A stretch of DNA of 64,000 nucleotides from a bacterium. GTDB lineage: Bacteria; Desulfobacterota; JAPLJL01. A program made the translations under genes and the position numbers. Positions 54,768 through 62,927 of the stretch are shown in pieces. The first letter of the stretch is position 1; each line of letters begins with the position of its first letter. The notes below the pieces were generated by a model that saw nothing but the letters and a program-made list of their open reading frames with translations, ran no database searches and had not been told where the DNA came from. Location: assembly GCA_028713675.1 (NCBI GenBank), contig JAQTNV010000016.1, forward strand, positions 54-64,053, in the 5' to 3' direction.

Positions 54768-57700
54768 ATTTTATCGGTAGCTCCACGATAAACTTCGCTC
54801 CTTTTCCCGGTTCTGACTCCACCCGGATGTCGCCGCCGTGATCCAGGATGATCCGCCGGGAGATCGCAAGGCCCATTCCGTAGCTCCCCTTTTTGGTGGT
54901 GAAGAAAATCTCGAATATCTTATCCTTCATCTCCTTCGGAATCCCCGGGCCCATGTCCTTCATCGAGACAATCAGCGTTTTTCTCTTTTCGTCGGCCCTG
55001 GCTTCGATCTCGATGACATCCCCCTTCCCGGAAACCTCGATGGCGTTCTGCAAAAGGTTGATAAACACCTGGATCATCTCGCCCTTTTCCACCATCACCG
55101 GAGGCAAGTCCGGCGGCATCTTCTTTTCGACCTTTATTCCATTGACCTTCATTAATCCCGAATTCAGGGAAGCAACCTCATCCACGACTTCCCGCATGTC
55201 TACGGGGGCGAAAGCAATCTCGTTCAGAGCGCGATGGCGGCCGTAATCCAGAAGCTGTCTGACCAGGTAATCCATCCGGATGGTTTCCCTCAAAATAATT
55301 TCCAGGGTTTCTTTCTGAGCGCCCCCCAGTTTCAGGTGGTCGTGCAGGATCTCAATCCCGCTGGAAATCGCGAAAAGCGGGTTTTTGATCTCGTGAGCGA
55401 TATTACCGGCGATTTCCCCGATGGCGGCCATTCTCTCGGATTCCTTCAACCGTTTTTGGAGCTTTTTCTCCTCAGTGATATCGCGGGTCACATGGATCAC
55501 CCCATAACACTTATTTGCCGCGTTGAACATCGGGGTAGTCGTAATCAGGTAATCTCTCTGCAATCTCTCCGAGCGGACCATGTAGTTGCAGGATTTTCCC
55601 TCGGAAATACACCGCGATTGTCGGCAATATTCCGGGGGCGCGTCGGTCTTATGAATAAGGCGAAAGCATTGCTGTCCGATGATCTCGGGAAAGGAAAGCC
55701 CCAAAAAATCCGCCAGGGCCTGGTTGGCGCGGAGGATCCGGTAATTCAGGTCCTGCACCATGATCATATCGGGAATAGAGTCGAAAGTGATTCTCCAGGC
55801 GGTGGAGGCGTTTTTGATCATTTCCTCGGCTTGGATCTGTTCGGTAACGTCATGCAGGATCATCCCCAGTCCATCTCCTACCTTGAAAATGTCTATACAA
55901 ACGTATCTAAATTCCCCCATTGATACAGATATTTTCTGCCTCGACCGGTGAAAAGGCTTTCCCGTTTTCAATACATCCAGGTATTTGTCGAGCATATCGG
56001 AATCCCGAATCGTGGGAGAAACTTCGGTTAATTTTTTCCCGATCGCTTCCCGGCGGGAAAAGCGTTCGGCCAGCTCCGGGGATAGTGCCCGGTTGAAATC
56101 GACCAGGTTCAAATCCTGATCGAAAATATAGAAAAGGTCCGTCGCGGCGCAGGAAAAACGGCTCCATCGTTCCGTGATCACCTTTTTTTCCTCCTGAAGC
56201 CTTTTTAGCTCGGTGATGTCGACCACCGCGCCTTCAATGTGTTCCGTCCCCGGTATCATCTTGACCGAATAATTGACCCAGATTGGCGAGCCGTCGGCCT
56301 TTACCCCCCTGGCCTCGTAACCCGTGATCTCGCCGCTTTCTTTCAGTTTCCTGAGCAATCGTCTCTGATCGTCCAGATCGTTAAAATGCCGGGCCACCGA
56401 ATAATCCCGCAGGCATTCTTCCCGGCTTTTATAGCCGAGCATTCCGGCGAACCGCTCGTTGCATTCGATCACCTGCCCGTCGGTAATCCGGGTCCGGTAC
56501 AAGCCCACCTGTGCGTTATGGAAAAAGTTTCGATACTTCTCTTCGCTCAACCTTAGCTTATCTTCCGCCTGCTTAAGATCGGTGATGTCCTGCATAGTGC
56601 CAACAATCCGGTATGGGTGGCTTGATTGGTTACGGTATGCGACTGCGTGCTGGTTAATATGCTTGATCGTACCATCCGGCAGAAGAAGCCGAAACTGGAT
56701 TTCGGCATGATCTTCTTTTTCTAAAAGCAGATTGATAAAAGAATTGTTTTTATTCCGATCATCTGGATGAATCAAAGCCACGATACCATCGAAGGTGAGT
56801 GGTATTTCCCGGCCTAACCCGAACATTTGATATACCGTCTCAGACCAAGTCAATTTGTTGCCTTCAACATCCCAATCCCAGTTCCCGAGTTTGGCGATAT
56901 CCTGGGCCTGGACCAATTTATTTTCGTTCTCCTTTAGTATTTCCTCCGCCCGCTTGCGCTCGGTGATGTCGCGGGAAAAAACAAAAAGTCGGCCGCCGCT
57001 GATATCCATGAAATTGACGCTGATTTCGAAATCTATAATTTTTCCGTCTTTATGGCGGAGTTTGGTTTCAAAACGATCCCCTCCCGTTGCGATGATTTTT
57101 CTGATGCGAGCGCCGGTTTCTTCCGGTTTTTCCTCAACCACGATATCCGAAATCTTCATTCTCAGAAGTTCGCTACGGCTGTAACCAAGCATGCGGGAGC
57201 AGGCGTCGTTCGCCTCTTGAATATTTCCCTGCAGATCGTCAATCCAAAATCCGTCTATCGAAGTGTCAAGAATGGCCTTATATATCTCCTCGCTTTGGCG
57301 GAGACTATTTTCGGCCCGTTTCCGCTCGCCGATATCCCGGGCCAGGCTCAAAACCGATACCACCCGGCCGTCTTCAAAAATCGGTACCGCGTTTATTTCC
57401 ATTTCAATGATTTTGCCCTGGGAGTTTCGGGTCTTCAGATTCAGGCCATAAATCGGATGGCCCTGGCGCAGTTCATCAGCGAGGCGAATCAACTCTTCCT
57501 GGTTGTCTCCGGCAAAGTAATCCAGGTAACTCTTCTTTTTGAGCTCCTCGAGCGACACACCCAGAATTTTGAGCACCGCGGGATTCGCATCCAGAAAATT
57601 CCCATTCACATCATTGATGCAAATGAAATCCGGGCTGTTGTTGAAAATAAAGCGATATCTTTCCTCGCTTAGCCTCAGTCTCTCGGCAATGTTCTTTTGC

Positions 57701-57840
57701 TCAGTGATGTTTAATTTTAGTGCGCTTAAATCCCGGGGGGGCTTCTTCATTTTTACGGCCGTTGACTTCACCAAACGCGGCTGCCTACGAGGCCTGCCTT
57801 TCTTTATTTTTTTTCTGTTTTTTTTCTTTTTTTCCGGCAT
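54766..57840 (-). CDS. Cytoplasmic multi-PAS histidine kinase
   Basis: About 6 PAS domains; NIAHEIKNPL; NLLQNAIE; GMGLAI. Start MPEKKKK at 57840. Confidence 0.93.
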   Translation of the reverse strand: MPEKKKKNRKKIKKGRPRRQPRLVKSTAVKMKKPPRDLSALKLNITEQKNIAERLRLSEERYRFIFNNSPDFICINDVNGNFLDANPAVLKILGVSLEELKKKSYLDYFAGDNQEELIRLADELRQGHPIYGLNLKTRNSQGKIIEMEINAVPIFEDGRVVSVLSLARDIGERKRAENSLRQSEEIYKAILDTSIDGFWIDDLQGNIQEANDACSRMLGYSRSELLRMKISDIVVEEKPEETGARIRKIIATGGDRFETKLRHKDGKIIDFEISVNFMDISGGRLFVFSRDITERKRAEEILKENENKLVQAQDIAKLGNWDWDVEGNKLTWSETVYQMFGLGREIPLTFDGIVALIHPDDRNKNNSFINLLLEKEDHAEIQFRLLLPDGTIKHINQHAVAYRNQSSHPYRIVGTMQDITDLKQAEDKLRLSEEKYRNFFHNAQVGLYRTRITDGQVIECNERFAGMLGYKSREECLRDYSVARHFNDLDDQRRLLRKLKESGEITGYEARGVKADGSPIWVNYSVKMIPGTEHIEGAVVDITELKRLQEEKKVITERWSRFSCAATDLFYIFDQDLNLVDFNRALSPELAERFSRREAIGKKLTEVSPTIRDSDMLDKYLDVLKTGKPFHRSRQKISVSMGEFRYVCIDIFKVGDGLGMILHDVTEQIQAEEMIKNASTAWRITFDSIPDMIMVQDLNYRILRANQALADFLGLSFPEIIGQQCFRLIHKTDAPPEYCRQSRCISEGKSCNYMVRSERLQRDYLITTTPMFNAANKCYGVIHVTRDITEEKKLQKRLKESERMAAIGEIAGNIAHEIKNPLFAISSGIEILHDHLKLGGAQKETLEIILRETIRMDYLVRQLLDYGRHRALNEIAFAPVDMREVVDEVASLNSGLMKVNGIKVEKKMPPDLPPVMVEKGEMIQVFINLLQNAIEVSGKGDVIEIEARADEKRKTLIVSMKDMGPGIPKEMKDKIFEIFFTTKKGSYGMGLAISRRIILDHGGDIRVESEPGKGAKFIVELPIK

Positions 57841-57859
57841 TGCTCTCTCTCTAAATTTC

Positions 57860-58190
57860 TCTGGTCTATGAATGGCATAGGGCAAAGGGCATGGCGCAAA
57901 GAGCAGGGAGCATGGCGCAGGGAGCATGGCGCATATGATTTAACCCCAAACCAGAAACCTGGATTCCTGCTTTCCTTCGACCATACTCATGACAAGTCGC
58001 AGGAATAACTTTATAATTTTTCATTCGTCAGATTTTTGGGGCTCACTCGTCATTCGTCAATCGTCACTTCTTCTTCGGTTTTCATTCGTCATTCGTCAAT
58101 TCTTTTTTGTTTTTCATTCCGCAATCTACAATCCGCAATCCGCAATTCTTTCTAACTCGAAACTCGAAACTAGAGACTCGAAACTAGTAT
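57860..58190. repeat. Intergenic repeat block, paralogous to 46305-46420
   Basis: gggagcatggcgca arrays, ctggattcctgcttTC[57975-57996]TCgcagg, tcgtcat/tcgtcaa, tccgcaa and aaactcg arrays. Confidence 0.85.
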
Positions 58191-58277
58191 TACCCTGCCG
58201 ATTTCATAAAACTGGCAGATATAGGTGCCACAGGGAATATTGTCGACGATGCTTATCCCGAATTTTCTCATTTTCAT
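58170..58277 (-). pseudogene. Truncated N-terminus of a MEDS sensory domain
   Basis: MKMRKFGISIVDNIPCGTYICQFYE resembles the MEDS start R.SGI..IG..PWGTHFCQFY, then runs into a heptamer array and stops. Confidence 0.6.
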
Positions 58278-58350
58278 TTTCCAGAACTGATTGTAGTTGA
58301 TTATTTTATTCATTGTATTCCGAATAGATAATTTATCAATTAAAAAAAAG

Positions 58351-58376
58351 GGGAGCCGGCTGGGCGGCTCCCCTAC
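58351..58376 (-). repeat. GTAG-type REP hairpin
   Basis: GGGAGCCG GCTGGG CGGCTCCC followed by CTAC. Confidence 0.75.
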
Positions 58377-58411
58377 GAAAGAAACATTCTTTCTAATAAC
58401 TGACCCTCGCA

Positions 58412-59713
58412 TTACCTCGGCTCGTCGGCGACCGTGATCTCGATCGATCCGGAATCGGCTCCGCCTTTGCCGTCGTTCACTACCACCTGAATGGTGTATA
58501 CTCCGGCGGCATCCGGGGCCTGCCATTCGATCACGCTCTCATCAGAAAGAGAAAGCATCCCGCCGTCGGTTTTCCAATAATAGGTCAGATAATCCTGATC
58601 CGGATCGGCGGCCTGAACCGCGACTTTCACGGTAGCTCCCAGGCCAACCTCGCTTTCGAAGGTGACGGAATCGATCACGGGAGGCATGTTATCAACCCGA
58701 AAATCGCCGACCTGGACCGTCGGTCCGTCGTTTTCGTCAACCGTGACGGTGATTGATTCCATCAGGTTACCGTTCTCGTCCACGAAAATACCCAGGGCCT
58801 GGCTGGCAAACCGCAGTTGGTATTCCCCCGGCAAAATGAAGGGGATCCGGAAGTTACCTTCGCGGTCAACGGTACCCGGCAGACCGGAAGTCTGGTTGGA
58901 GTTTTTCAGGAAAACCAGGGTCGGATGGGACTCGCCCAGAAGATTAACCCCGGAGAGCGGGGTTTCTCCGTCACGGAAGAAAATCCGGCCGGTCACAGTA
59001 TTGTAGGTATGATCCACCTGGGGAACCATCTGGACGGGATATTCGAGCGTCAGGGTCTGTCCGGTCTGAACCTCAAGCCCGGGAATCGTCACATCCTCAA
59101 AACCGGGGGCATATATCCGAAGCGTGACTTGGCCGGGAACCATTCCGAATACCGAGAAGTCCCCGTTTATATTAACGTAGCTGACCGGGGAGCGGAACCC
59201 GCATTCACTCTCGGCGTAGATTACGGCTTCTTGGAGCGGGGCGCCTGAAACAGCATTCGTCACCCGTCCCTGGATAGTGCCGTTAACATCAACCTTGCAC
59301 TCAATCTGATAATCAACCTGGTTCCATTTTCCTCCATCCCACTGAAAGCCGACCTTCAAGATTCCGATCATGGGGCCGTTGATCTCGTCATTGTAGACAA
59401 AAGCATAAATAATATTTCCGGCGGGGGGATCCACATCATAATCGGTTTCGGTTTTCATCTCACTGATCCAGAAAGTAATATTGGCGCCGGTATCAGTATT
59501 GACCATTGGATTGATCGAAGCTGATTGGGCTCCCAGGAGATTCTGTTCCGAACAGGTCCCAGCCTGGGCCGCACGGGCCAAAAGGCTCTGAATCTCGACA
59601 TTTTCCGGGGCCGCCAACTTTAAATCGGCCATATTCACACCGTTGTTTCCGCAGCCGACCGCGGTCAGGCCGAACAGTACCGCCGCCACGAAGAATTCTT
59701 TCAGGTTTTTCAT
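58412..59713 (-). CDS. Lipoprotein with carboxypeptidase-regulatory-like and Ig/PKD-like domains
   Basis: GAGGAG RBS; lipobox LTAVGC; GTIQGRVTNAVSGAPL; NMPPVIDSV...ADPDQDYLTYYW...YTIQVVVNDGKGG. Confidence 0.85.
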   Translation of the reverse strand: MKNLKEFFVAAVLFGLTAVGCGNNGVNMADLKLAAPENVEIQSLLARAAQAGTCSEQNLLGAQSASINPMVNTDTGANITFWISEMKTETDYDVDPPAGNIIYAFVYNDEINGPMIGILKVGFQWDGGKWNQVDYQIECKVDVNGTIQGRVTNAVSGAPLQEAVIYAESECGFRSPVSYVNINGDFSVFGMVPGQVTLRIYAPGFEDVTIPGLEVQTGQTLTLEYPVQMVPQVDHTYNTVTGRIFFRDGETPLSGVNLLGESHPTLVFLKNSNQTSGLPGTVDREGNFRIPFILPGEYQLRFASQALGIFVDENGNLMESITVTVDENDGPTVQVGDFRVDNMPPVIDSVTFESEVGLGATVKVAVQAADPDQDYLTYYWKTDGGMLSLSDESVIEWQAPDAAGVYTIQVVVNDGKGGADSGSIEITVADEPR

Positions 59714-59784
59714 CTTTGCTTCTCCTCTTTTTGTTTGATGTTTTTTCATCCTTTTAAACGCTTTCGCTGCCGCATTATTAGAAA

Positions 59785-59928
59785 TGCATGAACCGTGCCA
59801 CGGTTTGAAAATACCGCGATATCTTTGGTTTTACCGTCGGTGCGGATGCAATATTGGTACCCTGTTCAGGTCCAATCCCGCGGGTTGATTTTGTGGTTCT
59901 TTTTGACCCTGAGGGGTGGAACAAACCG
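59785..59928 (-). promoter_or_regulatory. Sigma-54 promoter with enhancer site
   Basis: TGGCACGGTTCATGCA at 59800-59785; TGGTT-CTTTTT-GACCC at 59894-59909, with a weaker site 19 bp further on. Confidence 0.72.
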
Positions 59929-60003
59929 GGGCCAATTAAATTGCGGATTTTTGATTGCGGATTGCGGATTGAAATTCAAAGCCATGGAACCGGGGGTCCG
60001 AGG
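59883..60003 (+). repeat. 121-bp direct repeat, copy 1
   Basis: Near-identical to 62623-62743. Confidence 0.92.
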
Positions 60004-60076
60004 GAAACCTGCGTGTTTCAGGTTTAAAGTTTCAAGTCAAAAGAAAAGGAGCGGCATTTGACGGCCGCCCGATAAA

Positions 60077-60132
60077 GGGAGCCCGCGGCCTGCCCGAGCC
60101 GGGCAAATCCGGCCAGGGAGGGGCTCCCCTAC
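60077..60132 (-). repeat. GTAG REP carrying a 29-bp CCTG...CAGG micro-element (60089-60117)
   Basis: Minus strand gtaggggagcccctC[cctggccg gatttgcccgg ctcgggcagg]Ccgcgggctccc. Confidence 0.75.
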
Positions 60133-60203
60133 TCCAGTCTCTGATTTTGATTTTGAACCCGAAACCCGAAACTAGAAACCCGAAACCATTGAAAGCAACG
60201 CTT

Positions 60204-61199
60204 TCAATGAACTGGTTTGGGAGCTGCCGCCGGCTTCCGACAAGTCGAGCAAACAAAATTGCCCCGCAGCTCGCGGTTCCCGTTTTCCCCCTTAACAGTC
60301 AGGTCCAGAACCATGGGTTTTCCGCAATCGGTGCATCGGTAACCCTGGTCGATACCCAGGGTCTGGGCCAAGCTGGGGGCATCGAGCACGGTTTCGATGA
60401 TTTCGATCCGGAAATGCCGCTCCGGGGTCTTCTTCAATAAGGTCTGGACCTTCGAAATCATCTCATCAAGGTTGGCTTTTCCCTTCACCAGGAAATCATT
60501 GGCCCCCATGAGCATGGCTTTTTTAACCTCTTCGGGCTGGTCATGAGCCGAAACCACGAGGATCGGGATCCTGGTGGTGAGTGAATCCGCCCTGATCTTC
60601 CAGATCGCCTCGTAGCCTTTCATCTTGGGAAGCATCAGATCCATGATGATGAGATCGGGTTTATGCTTTTTCAGGATTTCCATCCCTTCCTCCCCATCGG
60701 CGGCGATCCGGACGATAAAATTTCCCTGTTCCAGAACTTTCCGGTAGAGCTCCGAAAAAAAACTGTCGTCTTCGAAAACCAGGATTTCCGGGGTTTTCTT
60801 TTCTTCCGATTCCTCCACTCCCCGGCCCTGGTAGAGAAGCTCCTTGATCTTGGCGACCACTTCATTCAGCCTCGATTTCCCCTTCACCAGGTAGGCATCG
60901 GCTCCCATACCCTTTACTTTCTGGATGTCCTCAAACTGGTCCCGGGCCGAGAGAACCAGGATCGGCACCCGGGCGAACCGCGCGTCCGCCCGGATTCGAT
61001 GAATGGCTTCCACCCCGTTCATCCCGGGCATCATCAGATCCATGAGAATCAGGTCGGGCCGGGACGTTTCCAGGGACTGCAGACACTCTTCCCCTCCGGT
61101 AACCATCCGTACCTCTAATTTTTCCATATCAAATTTCCTCTGATAAATTTCGCGGGTATACTGGTTATCTTCCACCATCAGGATTCTCGCCATTTTCAT
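60204..61199 (-). CDS. Tandem REC-REC response regulator with C-terminal CxxC...CxxC zinc-ribbon-like motif
   Basis: LMDLMMP and IMDLMLP phosphoacceptors; CTDC...CSTC. Confidence 0.9.
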   Translation of the reverse strand: MKMARILMVEDNQYTREIYQRKFDMEKLEVRMVTGGEECLQSLETSRPDLILMDLMMPGMNGVEAIHRIRADARFARVPILVLSARDQFEDIQKVKGMGADAYLVKGKSRLNEVVAKIKELLYQGRGVEESEEKKTPEILVFEDDSFFSELYRKVLEQGNFIVRIAADGEEGMEILKKHKPDLIIMDLMLPKMKGYEAIWKIRADSLTTRIPILVVSAHDQPEEVKKAMLMGANDFLVKGKANLDEMISKVQTLLKKTPERHFRIEIIETVLDAPSLAQTLGIDQGYRCTDCGKPMVLDLTVKGENGNRELRGNFVCSTCRKPAAAPKPVH

Positions 61200-61205
61200 T
61201 CTCCT

Positions 61206-62489
61206 TTAGTTTAGGGGAGGAGCCGGGGAACGGGACGGGAGATCCCCGGTGTTTTCCGCCCGGTTTTCCGCGCTGGAAAAAATAAAATCCACCGGCAGTT
61301 CTACGGTAAACGTGCTGCCGGCCCCGGGCCGGCTCTCCACACTGATCCGTCCATTCAATAGCCGGACATAGTCTTTCACGATGGCCAGTCCCAGCCCCAA
61401 CCCTTTTTCCGCCTGTTCCGCCTGGTTATCAACCCGGTAAAATTTATTGAAAATTAACGGCAATTCCTTCTCCGCGATCCCGATCCCGGTATCGGAGACC
61501 GCGGCCACCACCCCGCTGGAATCCAGGCTGGGTGCGGCCAGTATCTCGATCCCGCCTTTGCGGGTGTATTTGACCGCGTTGGAGAGAAGATTGATTAATA
61601 TATATTTAACCCGGTTCGGATCGGTCGTAATCAAGGGGGTTTTCTCATTATATTTAATTTCGATCCCGAGCCCCTTCAGCTGCGCCAGGGGTTGGACCAG
61701 GGGGAGCACTTCCTGGATAAGGCTTTTCAGATTGATCTCGGCCAGGTCGCTCTTTTCGATCTTGCCTTGTTCCAGGCGGGAGGAATGTAAAAGGTAATCC
61801 AGCATTTCCCCGATTTCATTGGTATTGATATCCATTTTTCCCAGAACTTGGCCGACTTCCTCCGAGATTTCGCCGAACGCGTTTTCCCGGAGCAGGGAGA
61901 TGTACCCCGAGATGGCATTAACCGGGGTACGGACCTCGTGAGAAATGATGTTTAGAAGCTCCTTCTGAAACCCGACCGCGATCTCCAGTCTTTGATTGGC
62001 GAGCCTGAAGTCCAGGGTCCGTTCCTCCACCGATTCTTCCAGCCGGGCGTTGATTTCCTTCAGGGAGAGATTTTTTTCCTCAATCAGCCGCAAAAGTTCG
62101 CGGTTGTGGCTAACCAGTTCGTAATTTTTCCAGGCGCCCCTGACCGAACTTCTCAGATCCGCGTTTTCCCAGGGTTTGATGATAAATTTATCCACCCTGC
62201 CCCGGTTGACCGCCTGCTCGACAATCCCAAAATCCTGGTTGCCGCTCATGACCATCCGGACCGTATCGGGGGAAATGGCTTTGATTTTCTCGAGAAGCTC
62301 CACCCCGTTAGCCCCGTTCATGGTGTAGTCGGTGATAATCAGGAAAATCGGTGTCCCGTCGAACCGGGCGACCGCCTCGTCCGGGCCGGCGGCCGTGATA
62401 ATTTCATAGCCGTCGGCAGCCAGGGTCCGGCCCAGGACTTTCAGGATCTGCGGATCGTCGTCAACTATAAGAATGATCGGGTTACCCAT
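61206..62489 (-). CDS. REC-histidine kinase
   Basis: LIVDDD, ITDYTM, KPW; ISHEVRTP; NLLSNAVKY; GLGLGL. Confidence 0.93.
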   Translation of the reverse strand: MGNPIILIVDDDPQILKVLGRTLAADGYEIITAAGPDEAVARFDGTPIFLIITDYTMNGANGVELLEKIKAISPDTVRMVMSGNQDFGIVEQAVNRGRVDKFIIKPWENADLRSSVRGAWKNYELVSHNRELLRLIEEKNLSLKEINARLEESVEERTLDFRLANQRLEIAVGFQKELLNIISHEVRTPVNAISGYISLLRENAFGEISEEVGQVLGKMDINTNEIGEMLDYLLHSSRLEQGKIEKSDLAEINLKSLIQEVLPLVQPLAQLKGLGIEIKYNEKTPLITTDPNRVKYILINLLSNAVKYTRKGGIEILAAPSLDSSGVVAAVSDTGIGIAEKELPLIFNKFYRVDNQAEQAEKGLGLGLAIVKDYVRLLNGRISVESRPGAGSTFTVELPVDFIFSSAENRAENTGDLPSRSPAPPLN

Positions 62490-62524
62490 GATTCTCTCCT
62501 TTTTTTCTCCTCATTTATACAGGA

Positions 62525-62668
62525 AGCAAGAAGAGGGCCAAGGAGCGGAAATAACGCGGAATATTTGTATTCGCCGTCGGCGCTGCAGAAACATTGGTTC
62601 CTCATCCGGGTACGATTCTTCTGGTTGATTTTGTGGTTCTTTTTGACCCTGAGGGATGAAATATACCG
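62525..62668 (-). promoter_or_regulatory. Sigma-54 promoter with enhancer site
   Basis: TGGCCCTCTTCTTGCT at 62540-62525; TGGTT-CTTTTT-GACCC at 62634-62649, the same 94-bp spacing as at 59.8 kb. Confidence 0.72.
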
Positions 62669-62743
62669 GGGCTAATTAAATTGCGGATTTTTGATTGCGG
62701 ATTGCGGATTGAAAGTCAAAGCCATGGAACCGGGGGGCCGAGG
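62623..62743 (+). repeat. 121-bp direct repeat, copy 2
   Basis: Near-identical to 59883-60003. Confidence 0.92.
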
Positions 62744-62773
62744 TTAGCCTCAGGCTTAAGACTGCATAATCAA

Positions 62774-62829
62774 GTAGGGCAAGGCTTCTCGATCAGATCC
62801 CGAAGCATTGTGGCCGAGGGAAGCCTTGC
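62774..62829 (+). repeat. 56-bp composite GTAG REP
   Basis: gtagggcaaggcttctcgatcagatcccgaagcattgtggccgagggaagccttgc; reverse complement of the 2891-2946 family. Confidence 0.85.
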
Positions 62830-62927
62830 AAATCAACAAAAATGGTCGAAGGAAGGCTGCGGCCACCTTCGGACCCTAGGCCCCCTGGGACCCTTTTTAC
62901 TGGTCCAGGTATGCTATATTTGGGGCT

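Noticed and set aside
58212-58232. TGGCAC box upstream of the PAS kinase
   Set aside because: The GC is one base off the required spacing, and the sequence is better explained as part of the MEDS-like coding remnant.
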